Positions 1-10,549 of a DNA stretch of 33,036 bases are shown here, piece after piece. This DNA comes from Saprolegnia diclina VS20 (Eukaryota): positions 927,172 through 960,207 of the forward strand of contig NW_008246071.1 in the NCBI RefSeq assembly GCF_000281045.1. Reading direction: 5' to 3'. A program made the translations under genes and the position numbers. The notes under the pieces were generated by a model, which was not told the origin of the DNA, made no database searches, and was given only the letters and a program-made list of their open reading frames with translations. How positions within the stretch are numbered: position 1 is the stretch's first letter; each line of letters starts with the position of its first letter.

Positions 1-326
1 GCGATATCAAGGAAAGACAGCAAGTGAAGATTATGAAGGCTGCCGACACTATCGCTCGCTCTCGCAATTGGAACTGCGTCGCGACGGGCCAGATCGACGT
101 GCATTACCTCTCGCTCCAAGGCGCCAAACAGTTGCTTGCTGAGTTGCTGCCGCTCATGGAAGCCAAGGGGCACAAGAGTATATGCATCGTTGTTGGCGCC
201 GGCAAGCACAGGAAACGCCAAGACCAGCAGCCTCTCTTGAATGGCGTCAAGGCCTACCTGCTCTGTCGTAAGAAACGCTTTCAGGACCACAAAATCTGGT
301 ATGGGGCGCTTATTGTGGAACTCTAA
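1..326 (+). CDS. Smr (small MutS-related) domain protein, C-terminal part; 5' end outside the window
   Basis: The frame is open from the window edge to TAA at 324-326. It carries Smr-like motifs IDVHYLSLQGA (cf. lDLHGl), ICIVVGAGKH (cf. IitGrGkHS) and terminal GALIVEL. The preceding AADTIARSRN resembles the end of DUF1771. Confidence 0.8.
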   Translation, partial: DIKERQQVKIMKAADTIARSRNWNCVATGQIDVHYLSLQGAKQLLAELLPLMEAKGHKSICIVVGAGKHRKRQDQQPLLNGVKAYLLCRKKRFQDHKIWYGALIVEL

Positions 327-339
327 GTCGAAAATTGCT

Positions 340-990
340 TCATCTAACCTCGTAAAGTAAAAAAGCACGTCTTTGACGTCAAAAGACATATGGTTCTGGG
401 GAGTGGCTGGTAGAAACGCAATTGCGACGTAGTTGGCCTGGTTGTAGACGACATTACCCGAGGTCACGACACCCGTCGATTTGGTCAAGAACTTGGACTT
501 GGCTCCGCCACCGTTGTCGCACCAGTAGTTGAAGCCCATGGCGTCGAGCGTGATTTTGGTGCCAGAGACTGCAATCAGCAGACCTTTCCTGTTATTACTC
601 TAGCTCCTCAACATGCTTGTCCATGTCCTCTCGATCAACAATGCCACCAGCTCCAATAAACTTGCAATGAAGCTCAACAGTCCCGACGACGCGGACACCT
701 TTGACGGTGGCAGCTCGACGGGTGTCTTGATCTCGGATGCGGTTGTCTACAGCCCAGTGGACTGCCTCACGGTTGCGTTTTTACCAGTCTACTGCCTTGG
801 AACCAGTTCGTTCTAGATCCTTGCAGCTAGACCAACGCTGGGGTTGACACGATGATTGGCCATAAGTCGAGAGGCATTGCTGTGGATAGGCCACGTCATG
901 AGCAGCGTCATGAGAATAACGGGGGACAGTGCATGGTGTACCATGATGGCCAACATCGTCATTACTAGGCCCGTGAATCTTGCCATTGCG
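340..990 (-). pseudogene. Possible degenerate secreted glycoside hydrolase (GH12-like) remnant
   Basis: Minus-strand fragments include a signal-peptide-like MARFTGLVMTMLAIMVHHA followed by an early stop. After a ..ctgattgcag acceptor near 570 the reading is SGTKITLDAMGFNYWCDNGGG..YNQANYVAIAFLPATPQNHMSFDVKDVLFY, loosely like the GH12 C-terminal strands. No intact model could be built. Confidence 0.2.
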
Positions 991-1799
991 TCGATAGCTC
1001 ACGTCAATGCTTCCATCTAGTACCTGGGCGGGGCCACAGACGCACGCCAGTAGCTTGACACTTTGATACTCTTTCGAACGAGTATCCGGACTCCGGATAC
1101 ACATGATCGGCGGCTGTGACACATGCCGGGGGTTTCCCACGCGCTGCTTCGCGTTTTTCACGTTTTGCACGGGCCGCGCTGTAATCCCAGCATGTGCAAC
1201 AAACCGAACACGCGGACGCCGTAGAGGCGTCGACTGCAGCAGCAAGGCAGACGCATTCCTCCAGCGCTCAACGAGATCACGTTGCGAGCAAAGCAAGGTA
1301 TAGTCATGTCGATGGCAGTATGAGCCAGCGAAAGGCCCCTCCTAGTCGTTTCTGCCCGTGCACATCGCGCCGGCAATGATAATGGCATGTTGTTCGAAAC
1401 GCTATAGTTCCCAAGGAATATCGGATGTATCGGATACTATCCTTCTACGTGTGGTTGCGGACGGTGACTTATGCATGCAGTTGCCCCTTGCTGTTGTCCG
1501 CTACAGTACTTGCTAACGTGCAGGCCAAAGTCGAGTCGAGGCTGCCGTTTTCACACACCTCTGTACGTCTGACGCGCGTTAACCTCTGGCCTTCCAAGCA
1601 CAAGCGCAGCGTTGTCAATTGCTGACAGGCGAGGAAGACGACACTAAATGCACAGACGATCTCAATTCTCTGGCTCTACCGACCTGTTCGAGGCCGACTG
1701 CCTTGGCGCCAAAAATCACACAAACGTGTCCAGCGCGTGTGTTTTTCTATAACGCACGTTTTCCACGCGTCGACGCGGCTCGTTTCCCACGCCGGTTGG

Positions 1800-1818
1800 T
1801 CATTTCACATATATTTGC
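1800..1818 (+). promoter_or_regulatory. Oomycete INR+FPR-like core promoter
   Basis: TCATTTCACATATATTTGC lies 17 nt upstream of ATG 1836 and resembles the oomycete YCAYTYY..WTTTNC initiator/flanking element. Confidence 0.5.
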
Positions 1819-1835
1819 GGTCGACGAAGAGCAGC

Positions 1836-4205
1836 ATGCGCGGCAAGGTCCTCCTCCGCGCGTCCGAGTACCAGTGGATCACGCGCGTGATGGCGCTGGA
1901 GGCCGACGCGCTCCTCTTCTTCGAGGACACGGCCAAGCCCAGCAAGGCGAAGCTCGAGTCCGTGGACCTCATCGGCGCCACGTGCGAGGTCGTCGTCGTC
2001 TCGTCCGAGCACCTGCACTGCTTCCGCGTGCTCGAGGTCGACGCCGAGACAAAGTCGACAAAGGAGTGGATCCTCGACGCGCGCTCGTCGCAAGAAAAGC
2101 AGAATTGGATCTCGTCGATCCAGACCACGATCTTGAGCGTGAAGAAGACGACCCGCGTCGAGGCCGCGGCCGTCGTCGCCCACGAGAATGACGCCGACAT
2201 TGACGCCAACAGCGGCATTGACCGCAAGCGCATCGACGCCGCGCGACGCCTTGTGCACGACCTGCAGGCGCAGCGCGGTAGCCTTTTTCTCCGCGGGAAG
2301 GACGTCCTTGACATCCTCCAAAAGCACGTCGGGTGCAACTCTCGCACCGAAGCCCTCGTGCTCGGCAACACGCTCCTCAACGAAGGCTTTCTCAAGCACA
2401 TGGTGTCGCAGTACACGTTGCTCGACGACGACTGCCTCTTTGAGACTGTCTCGCGCACGCAGTACAACCTCCACCGGCAATTCCACTACCAGCGCCAAGA
2501 CGGGAGTGAACCCGCCGGCTCGGACGACGAAGACGAAGCCCAAGTCGGCCAGCAAAACCAAACGAACGGGTACTACTGCCCGGAGCTGCACAACCTCTTT
2601 GTGAGCATGCTCATCGAGATTGAGATCTTTTACGTCGTCGAGGACCCGCGCCCGGACGAGTCCTTGTCCATGTCGGCCGTCGACTTGGACCTGGACTTTT
2701 CGTCGTTTGACGCGTCCAAGGAGCTCACGCTAAAGGAGTGTTTTTACGGCAACGACGCGGTCACGTGCCTCATGAGCGTCGGCCTGCTCAACGAACAAGC
2801 AGCGCTCGTGCTCGGGAACCAGCTCCTCGCGCGCGGCTACTTTAGCCCCATGGACTCGGAGACGATTTCATTTGAGAATGCGCGGACGCGCTACGTGCTC
2901 TCGCCGGACGTCACGCGCTCGATTGCGCCGACGGCCGAAGAAACCATCATGGACCTCCAGTACCAAGAAGAGAAGTTCCGCTCCGACCTCAAGACCGCCA
3001 TGGACGTGCGTCATCAGGGCATGCTCTGGCTCTGCGCGTCGATGGCCGCGCTTCTCCTCTTTGACAGCCTCCAAGAGATGAGCCTTGCGTACAAGGTCGC
3101 CTTTGTTGCGCTCTCGTGGCTCGGTAAGTATTTCCTCCACGACCCGCACGCGCAAGTGCCGACGATGCTCCCGACCATCGGACAGTACACCAAGCTCCCG
3201 CGGGCCAAGCGGGGCAGCTACGCGCCGCCCGTCGAGTCGATGGCACCGAGTTCCGAGGCCGATGCGCGGAAGCGCAGTGCGTCGGCGGCCGCCCTTCGCC
3301 ATCGGTTCCCGAGCTCGGGCGACAAACATTCCACGCCCGAGACGCGCCAGCAGCACCAACAAGCGTTGGCGGCAACGGCGTCGACGGTGCTTGCGTCACT
3401 GAGCCCGGACGACCGCGACCGCCTCGCCACGTTCAAGTCGATGCTCGACTTTGACGAGGCCAGCGCGTTCCTCTTCACGGACGAGTACCTCTTTAGCGTC
3501 ATGAACGTCAAGAACCGGACCATGAACTACGCGGCCGAGAAGCTCCAGCGCTGCATTGCGTGGCGCCAGGACTATGGCGCACCTTCGATTATGCTGCCCG
3601 ACGTCCACATGCAGTTTGCCGGCTGCTCCATGTACTGGTACGGCTACGACTACATGAACCGTCCGATCTTTTGGGCGCGGCCGAAGCGGAAGGACTGGTC
3701 CAAGATGGATGCGGCCGTCGAGATCCGCGCACATGTATTTATGATCGAGCTCGGCGTCAAGCACATGATGCCACCGGGCTGCACGACCTTTACGTTTGTG
3801 ACCGACTGCGCCAACGTCGGGTACCGCGAGGTCGACATCCGCCTCATGAAGGGCCTCATGGAGGTCTGCTCGGGCAACTACCCGGACCGCATCGGGTCCA
3901 TTTGCATTGGGCCACTCACGACGCTTGTCAAGACGCTCACGCGTATGTTGGCGCCGCTTTTGCCCGCGCGACTCCGGGAAAAAGCCAAATTCATGAAGTC
4001 GCCGGGCAAAGAACTCGAAGAGTTTATGCCGCCCGAGTACATTCCCACGTTCATGGGCGGGAAGGCCACGCACATGCTCAACCCGCACGGCCACCACGAT
4101 GTCTTCGACTTTGAGTACATGCTCTCGTCCCAGAAGGAGCGCATGAAAGCGCTTCCGACCAAGACGCCCGAGTCGGCTGTCGTCTCGCACGCGCAGCCTC
4201 TCTAG
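1836..4205 (+). CDS. PH-DEP-DEP-transmembrane hairpin-CRAL-TRIO (Sec14-like) lipid-binding protein
   Basis: Intronless ORF. PH domain runs MRGKVLLR..WITRVMAL..WILDARSSQEKQNWISSIQ. DEP1 is FLRGKDVLDIL..SRTEALVLGNTLLNEGFLKH and DEP2 is CFYGNDAVTCL..AALVLGNQLLARGYF. A hydrophobic hairpin (GMLWLCASMAALLLF..VAFVALSWLG) precedes the CRAL-TRIO domain (GYDYMNRPIFW..FVTDC..NYPDRIG..IPTFMGG). The ATG at 1836 is preferred over the GTG at 1737 because of the INR. Confidence 0.85.
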   Translation: MRGKVLLRASEYQWITRVMALEADALLFFEDTAKPSKAKLESVDLIGATCEVVVVSSEHLHCFRVLEVDAETKSTKEWILDARSSQEKQNWISSIQTTILSVKKTTRVEAAAVVAHENDADIDANSGIDRKRIDAARRLVHDLQAQRGSLFLRGKDVLDILQKHVGCNSRTEALVLGNTLLNEGFLKHMVSQYTLLDDDCLFETVSRTQYNLHRQFHYQRQDGSEPAGSDDEDEAQVGQQNQTNGYYCPELHNLFVSMLIEIEIFYVVEDPRPDESLSMSAVDLDLDFSSFDASKELTLKECFYGNDAVTCLMSVGLLNEQAALVLGNQLLARGYFSPMDSETISFENARTRYVLSPDVTRSIAPTAEETIMDLQYQEEKFRSDLKTAMDVRHQGMLWLCASMAALLLFDSLQEMSLAYKVAFVALSWLGKYFLHDPHAQVPTMLPTIGQYTKLPRAKRGSYAPPVESMAPSSEADARKRSASAAALRHRFPSSGDKHSTPETRQQHQQALAATASTVLASLSPDDRDRLATFKSMLDFDEASAFLFTDEYLFSVMNVKNRTMNYAAEKLQRCIAWRQDYGAPSIMLPDVHMQFAGCSMYWYGYDYMNRPIFWARPKRKDWSKMDAAVEIRAHVFMIELGVKHMMPPGCTTFTFVTDCANVGYREVDIRLMKGLMEVCSGNYPDRIGSICIGPLTTLVKTLTRMLAPLLPARLREKAKFMKSPGKELEEFMPPEYIPTFMGGKATHMLNPHGHHDVFDFEYMLSSQKERMKALPTKTPESAVVSHAQPL

Positions 4206-4834
4206 TCGTCGTACACGTATAAGTTAACACCGCGTTCAAATATTCTGCGTCGAGCGCTGAAGATGGCCAAACCGACAAAAAAGTATCTTGGCGCCACAAG
4301 GAGGAATGCATCTCACTCAACTACCTCGCTCCCAAGTAGCCACCTTGAACCCATCCTTCTCTTCAAGGACAACCACCAGCAGGACCGCATCTCTGGCGGA
4401 AGCCTGCAGATCGGCCAGGAAGGGTCGTCGTGTCTGTGTGAATCTTTTTGCTATTTCAAAGTCCAACGCCGACCGTCCACTGACCTACAGACCGACGTCT
4501 ACTAAGTACATGCAGTCGATGTCGTCGATGTCGTCCTCACTCTGGGCTTCAATTCTGAAAGGGATTTAGTATCTCGACTACTGTGACTTTAGTTAGTTGG
4601 TTGCTGTGCTTTGCAGCTCCTGCCCTTATGTCGTGGCGGTGCCACGTCGCCACGTCTGTGTGCTTGCATCATCGCGGAGGTTGCATCATACAAAGGTCAA
4701 GTCGAATGGCCACACGAGGAAGGACCGGCATTCTGGCCCGCTATAGAATTCGAATTCCGCAGACGTATACTCGATGTTTGTATGAAATTGTATTAGGGGA
4801 AAGAATGGGGTGCCCAGACACGCTGCGCTTTCAA

Positions 4835-4839
4835 CCAAT
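4835..4839 (+). promoter_or_regulatory. CCAAT box
   Basis: AACCAATC lies about 110 nt upstream of ATG 4949, and a reverse ATTGG lies near 4871. Confidence 0.4.
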
Positions 4840-4948
4840 CCGAGATGAGGATTTGATATCAGGCGATGCCATTGGTGCAAAAGCGGCGTGCCCAGATTCG
4901 GAGAGATTCAGGGTTTAACGTCACGGCCAGTGCAGTAAGCAAGTGACC

Positions 4949-6181
4949 ATGGGTTCGAGCCACGTCAAGCCCCACGAGGGCATGCAATGGCTGGCCATGT
5001 CCTTCCTCGTCATCCTCTTCCTCGACAGCCTCGCCGAAGTCTCGTTCCTGCAGAAGGTCGTCCTCGTCGTGTGGTGCTTCCTCGGCAAAGTCTACCTCCA
5101 CGACCTCCACGCGGTTGAAGTGCTCTCGTCGCCATCCCACTTTGCACCGAGCCTTCGCCGCGTGCACACGCCGTCGCGCCGAAGCAAATCCATGGACATC
5201 AAGCCGTCCAACCCGCAGGAGGCTGTGACGCCGTTGACGACGCCCGTCCCGTCGCCCAAGGTCCACCGACACGCGAGTGACTTGACGCTCGAAAAGCCCA
5301 CGCTGCGCACGACGTCAATGGCCTCGAATGCATCCACTGTCTGCGATTCGGCGCCGCCGTCGCCAACGTCCAGCACGACCTCGACAGACGAATCGACGAG
5401 CCCGGATGGCTTGTCGCCTGTGGAGGTCGAGCGCGTCCAGACGTTCCGCAAGATGCTGCAGTCGACCGAGGAGGCCAAGTTCCTCTTGAAGGACGACTAT
5501 CTCCACAGTGTCCTTAGCGTCCCGAACCGGTCGATCGAGTATGCTGCCGAGAAGCTCAACCGCATTCTCAGCTGGCGCACCGAGTACCGCGCCGGTAGCA
5601 TCACGTCGGACGAGGTCGCACCGCAGCTGCGCAGTGGCTCCATGTACTGGTTTGGCTACGACTTGAAGCGCCGGCCGATTCTTTGGCTCCGACCGAAAAA
5701 GAAGGACTGGAGCACGATGGACAAGGACCTCGAGGTGCGCACGCACGTCTTTATGCTCGAGCTCGGCATCCGCGAGCTCATGCCGCCAGGTGTCTCGACC
5801 TTTACCCTGGTCACGGACTGCGCCAACGTCGGGTACCGCGAGGTCGACATGCGCCTTACGAAGGCCATGATTGAGGTGTGCCAAGGCAACTACCCGGACC
5901 GCATCGACAACATTTGCGTCGGGCCGCTCACGCTGCTTGTCAAGACGCTCACCAAGATCATTTCGCCGCTGTTGCCGACGCGGCTCCGGGAAAAGGCGCA
6001 TTTTATGGACACGCCGAGAGTCGATCTGCTCAAGGTCATGCCGCCGTCTGTGATCCCCACGTTCCTCGGCGGCTCGGCCGAGCACACGCTTCATCCCTCG
6101 GGCGACGGCTACGACTTTCACTACATGCTCGCCGCCCAGCGCCAGCGACTCGAGGCGCTGCTGATAGACCCGGTGGCGTAG
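4949..6181 (+). CDS. Transmembrane hairpin + CRAL-TRIO protein, tandem paralog of the upstream gene
   Basis: Intronless ORF with HEGMQWLAMSFLVILFLDSLAEVSFLQKVVLVVW, a Ser/Thr/Pro linker, and SMYWFGYDLKRRPILWLRPK..TDCANVGYREVD..GNYPDRI..IPTFLGG. It is colinear with the C-terminal half of 1836-4205. Confidence 0.88.
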   Translation: MGSSHVKPHEGMQWLAMSFLVILFLDSLAEVSFLQKVVLVVWCFLGKVYLHDLHAVEVLSSPSHFAPSLRRVHTPSRRSKSMDIKPSNPQEAVTPLTTPVPSPKVHRHASDLTLEKPTLRTTSMASNASTVCDSAPPSPTSSTTSTDESTSPDGLSPVEVERVQTFRKMLQSTEEAKFLLKDDYLHSVLSVPNRSIEYAAEKLNRILSWRTEYRAGSITSDEVAPQLRSGSMYWFGYDLKRRPILWLRPKKKDWSTMDKDLEVRTHVFMLELGIRELMPPGVSTFTLVTDCANVGYREVDMRLTKAMIEVCQGNYPDRIDNICVGPLTLLVKTLTKIISPLLPTRLREKAHFMDTPRVDLLKVMPPSVIPTFLGGSAEHTLHPSGDGYDFHYMLAAQRQRLEALLIDPVA

Positions 6182-6261
6182 CGCTCGCCCCTATTTTATA
6201 ACTCTTCAACTTTAGCAAATCAAGAATATATTTGAATAATTTTGAATATTTTGTGACATCG

Positions 6262-6939
6262 CTACGTGGGATCGAGAGGCGCGTAGGCGGGACGAAGTGC
6301 ACTCATGGCGGCAGCAGCGATCGCGAGCGGATCCGGACGCCGCGCGTAGAGCGCGTCGACTTGGCTCGCCCACGCCTGGTCCTGGAGCCGGCTCGTGTGG
6401 TACGCTGTGTACGTAAAGAGCGATCGCCTAGTGCGATGGTGCGGTGGTGACGTGGCAGTCTCATGGGCCATCACGGCCAAGAGCGTTTGAATCTTGAGCC
6501 TGTCCACGAGCACTCGCGGTATACTAGTGCGTTGTTCAACTGGGTTTTTCGACGTTGATGGTGGTGATGGTGGATGGTACGGTCGGCCAAGCCGGGCGAG
6601 TAGGGCAGCGGGCACGGGGACCTGCAAGCGCGTGTCGACCGGCGTTGCGTGAAGGCGACGAAGCTTGGCAACGACAAAGGTATTGAGCGCTGGCAGCGTT
6701 GGCGGCGCGCGTGTACGGCACGACGGTTGAAGCTCCTCGTCGTGCAGCAATGGGACAACGACATTGACGCCAAGCGGGTTGTCCAGTGACGCTGTGGGAA
6801 CCTCGTCGAGCTCAAAGTCGTCGTCCGAATAGCCATCGCCCGCATGAGCATCGATGGGCCCATCGTTGATGTTAAGGTCCTGCTCGTCGTCCTCGAAGGC
6901 GTCCTCAGCGTACGCGTCCCCTGAAGATCCGCTGCTCAT
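6262..6939 (-). CDS. Hypothetical protein with an acidic N-terminus (about 225 aa)
   Basis: ORF starts MSSGSSGDAYAEDAFEDDEQD..YSDDDFELDE and contains two similar segments, VPVPAALLARL and TSIPRVLVDRL. No family was recognised. Confidence 0.6.
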   Translation of the reverse strand: MSSGSSGDAYAEDAFEDDEQDLNINDGPIDAHAGDGYSDDDFELDEVPTASLDNPLGVNVVVPLLHDEELQPSCRTRAPPTLPALNTFVVAKLRRLHATPVDTRLQVPVPAALLARLGRPYHPPSPPSTSKNPVEQRTSIPRVLVDRLKIQTLLAVMAHETATSPPHHRTRRSLFTYTAYHTSRLQDQAWASQVDALYARRPDPLAIAAAAMSALRPAYAPLDPT

Positions 6940-7956
6940 GCCAACGCGTTGCAGAAGCTGCGATCTTTTCCAAGTCGACGGGCTGCATCTCCGGTGCTCG
7001 GTGAGGCTGCACGCACGGCCATCCAGAGTCTCGATGGAAGTGAAGAATGACGCGTCTGTGGTGGAGTGCTCCCGAGGTGGGCAAGGTTTGCGCCGTGTTA
7101 GAACGCGATGGGTTCGTGTCGATATGAGCGAAGAGGCGTGCGGCCTAGCTGCCAATGTGTATATCCAAAGCTTTGTCCGTCAGCGTCTCACCTCGGTCTT
7201 GACCGCATTGAAAGCATCAGGCGTACTGCGCCCGTCCGCTCTAGGTCTGATGGAGCGTACATACACATAGAAGAAGTGAACTGACCGCGGCGGCACGAGT
7301 TTCACTGTCCACAGTCGACAGGGCGCTCGCTTGCGACCTCCTTGCCGTATTCCCAACAGTTGTACGGTGGCGTGCTGAAGCAGCGGATTGAAAACACAGT
7401 TGGGGTCGAAGATCGCTGCAAAAACTACTGCATTTGCAACAGTTGTACGTCCAGACAGCACAATCATCAACGTGTTGATTGCCAATGAAAATGAAACTGT
7501 CGGTCCGCGCGTGGTCGACGGCGCCGGGTTTGCGACAGCGCTTCCGCTCCAAAGCTCGCAGCACGTTTTGGCTCGCTCTTTTGAAGCTACTCGCGCCGTA
7601 CAATGTGACGGTCGTCCAGCTCATCGCCCACATTGGCTTGACCTCTCTTTCTCGAGCCATCTGAAATGGATGCGTTTCATTGGCCCGATTTCAAAACCTT
7701 TATAGCCTATCACACGATGCCCGTCGCGATCTTGGCTTGTTGACACCGGCGCCCAGGTCTCCGATCACAACATGGACATTCCAAATGAAATCGCTCATAC
7801 TTTGGAGGGGTGTAGAGACGACTCTGGAGAGCCCATAAAACCAAGTCGCGTCGCCGTTCGATGCCTACAACGCGAGAAATTCGCGTTTAATGATTCCCAG
7901 ACATGAGATCTCTCGGTTTCCATATATTATGCCGCCTTCTTCGACGCCCCGATAGA

Positions 7957-7986
7957 TCACATGACGGCAGGTCACATGACGGCAGG
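7957..7986. repeat. Perfect 15-bp direct repeat x2 (TCACATGACGGCAGG)
   Basis: The units lie at 7957-7971 and 7972-7986, each containing the E-box-like core CACATG. Confidence 0.85.
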
Positions 7987-8156
7987 TCGCTTGTTTCCGT
8001 TCCATTGTTGCGACGGCTGGTCCTATGATGACCCGGCTCCAGCGATGACCGTCTTAGACTTTTCGATGTATTTTCTAGGCGCCAAGTACTCTCGACGCGA
8101 CGCAGGACTTTGCCTCGCTACCTCAGCTCCTGGCATCGTACCTCGCATCGAGTGCC

Positions 8157-8363
8157 ATGGATCCCGTCATAGTCGCGCTTGGTCTTGCTACGATCATCGT
8201 ATTTAGTCGCTATGTTGTCCTGCAAAGATTTGACCGACCGTCACGGGCCTCACCCGCGGCCACAAGCGTCGTAGGGCGACGACAGAAGAGCCAGACGAGC
8301 CCCCGCGCCGCCGCCTGCGCAGCCACGGACCGGCGAGCGAATGAAGAAGAAGGAGATTGCTAG
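8157..8363 (+). CDS. Possible small single-pass membrane protein (68 aa; may be spliced)
   Basis: The start has gccATGG context, and MDPVIVALGLATIIVFSRYVVLQ is a hydrophobic N-terminus followed by a polar tail. Confidence 0.3.
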   Translation: MDPVIVALGLATIIVFSRYVVLQRFDRPSRASPAATSVVGRRQKSQTSPRAAACAATDRRANEEEGDC

Positions 8364-8950
8364 TCTCTACGTATGCGAAGTCTTTGTGTAATTATGAAGA
8401 TAACGCGAAACACGTTCATATATATATGTTGTCCTGCACCTCGCGCGTTTCGTCGCTACCGCTCTCTTCCTCGGCATCTTGATACATTGACACGCTACTC
8501 TAGTACAGACCTTATTCATTTCGCAAGCGATCGAACATATTTGAGGGATCGTCGCGGCCGCAGCCGTCGAGGACGATATCACCGTGTGGGGCGCGTTCGA
8601 CATTGAAGCTGGCAGTATGCGTTTTGCTCGTTTTGTTACTAAGTAAATACAGCGTGTTTGACGGTGGTGTGAGGTAGGCTTTGGTGCGAGCTATCCCAAT
8701 TCCCTTTGTTCTAGGAGCAAGGTACCAGGCCCACAGACCCTATATCTACCGTACTTCAATGGAGCAGGGTGCCTTGATGTGTGTCCTACTAAGAACAACA
8801 TCCGTTGTTGGCTGCAGTGTTCGTGATGGCCATCGTACGAGGTCGATAAGGTTCCCCTTCATTTTGCTTTTACTGTTGTACATGGGGTCCATATTTGGAA
8901 GGTTATGCAGGTGGTGATTCCTAATATCATCTCTACTCGCCTCGATGCCT

Positions 8951-10549
8951 CTAAGCATGGTGCACCGTGCTCGCAGCCGCCGATTCCGAGAGTGGTCGTG
9001 TCTGCATCGTCACCATCTCTCGGTCCAGCGCCTCGTCGCTCACAGCCTGAAAGTCCGTGTTGGATCGACCCGACATCTACAAGCAGCGTGTAAATGTGAG
9101 TCTGTCGTCGACAGGACATCGGTCTTCGCACCAGTACGCTCTGTGTGGCGTAAAAGGAGCCGCCAATCGACGACGAGCGCTCGAGGAGCTGCGCGGGGTT
9201 GGACACGGGGCAAAACTCGGGCTCCATCACAACACGGAAGCTGCTCGAGTTGCGGCGCACCATGTTGGAGCCAGGCATGTTGGGCTGGAGCTCGGCGTGG
9301 CAGATGCTGTCGGCCGACGACGGCGGCGCCGGTGGCACGGGCGGTGCACCCGCCTAGTGTACGATCAATACAAATCGACGGGCTCTCATATGAAATCGTA
9401 CGTCGTGCTGCATCTCGCGCGACGATAGGACCCACACGCCGTAGATCGTGATGAAGACGCCGAGCGGGAAGCAAATGTACTGCGTGACCGTGTAGTCCTT
9501 GAACTCTTGAAAGTAAATCGCGCCGCCGAGCACCGAGAACGTGATGAAGAAGCATTGGAACACCGGCACAATGTAAAGCGCGTCAAAGTACTTGAGGCCC
9601 AGCGAAAGCAAGTGCGTCTACGTTCACAGTTCGACATGTCAACCTGGAGGTTGACGCGTACCTGCATCGAGATGGTCAAGACGAGGCCGACGAGAATGAC
9701 GTAGGTCAGACCCTTGTTGAACTGGTTGTCACCGGACGCCGACTGCTTGATGAGCTCACCGGTCGACTTGGCAAACATGACCGACTGCGCGCCAAAGACA
9801 CCTACGAGCCACGTGGCATCAAATATGGTCGTTCGAGACCAGATTGTTGTACCAGCGAGGCCGGCGTACGCGAGCGGGTGCGTCTTGAGCACAGACTTGT
9901 ACTCGGTCGAGAGAGCGCCCTTCTTTTTCAGAATGCGCTCGGCGTTCATGAGCATCGAGTAGAGGAAGAAGAGCACGCCAATGATGAAGACGAGGTAGAT
10001 GAGCATGTCCCAGCGGTAGTACAAGCGCAGGAGCTCGTGCAGCGTGTAGTTGGTGTTCTCGTGTGAGCCAAAGATGGTGACCATGACGGCGCCAACGACG
10101 ATCCACACCGTGCCCCAGAGGTCGTTGCGCGTCAGCTTTTCCTTGAGCCAGAAATGCGCAAAGACGATGTTGCAGACAAGCGTAAAGGCGCCGACTGGCA
10201 TGATGATACTCTACATATACGCGTCTGTGAGCGGCGCATGGGCGGTCGTCGCTACCTGCGCCGCAAACGTGAGCGCGGCAAAGTCTGCGATGGACCCGAC
10301 ACCGACGCCAAAGAAGCCGAGCCACCACCGCCACTGCGTGTTGTACGGCTTGCGCTCGTGGTCGGGCAGGTGGGCCTGCATGATGAACGAGTACTTCTGG
10401 ATGTTGAGCCCCTACACAGTCGCGGAAGAGAGTCAGGAACGCGCTCGCTCTCGCCGATCGGAACGCACGAGGTTCGAGATCGTCGACCCGATCAAGCAGA
10501 TGCCAATGCCAATGAAGAGGTTGGACGTGTTGGTCTCATGGTCGGGCAT
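8951..10549 (-). CDS. NIPA-family magnesium transporter (DMT superfamily), paralog 1, about 7 coding exons
   Basis: The spliced reading is MPDHETNTSNLFIGIGICLIGSTISNL|GLNIQK..WRWWLGFFGVGVGSIADFAALTFAAQ|SIIMPVGAFTLVCNIVFAHFWLKEKL..|GAQSVMFAK..|LGLKYFDALYIVPVFQCFF..GAIYFQEF, all typical NIPA motifs. A 5'UTR intron is likely at about 10550-10596. The last exon and the stop at 8951 are less certain. Confidence 0.9.

Noticed and set aside
4210..4900. Short ORFs between the CRAL-TRIO paralogs
   Set aside because: There is no consistent exon model or recognisable motif.
1800..6121. Long minus-strand ORFs (1800-2591, 3396-4190, 5315-6121)
   Set aside because: They are antisense shadows of GC3-rich genes, have no motifs, and mirror the sense codons.
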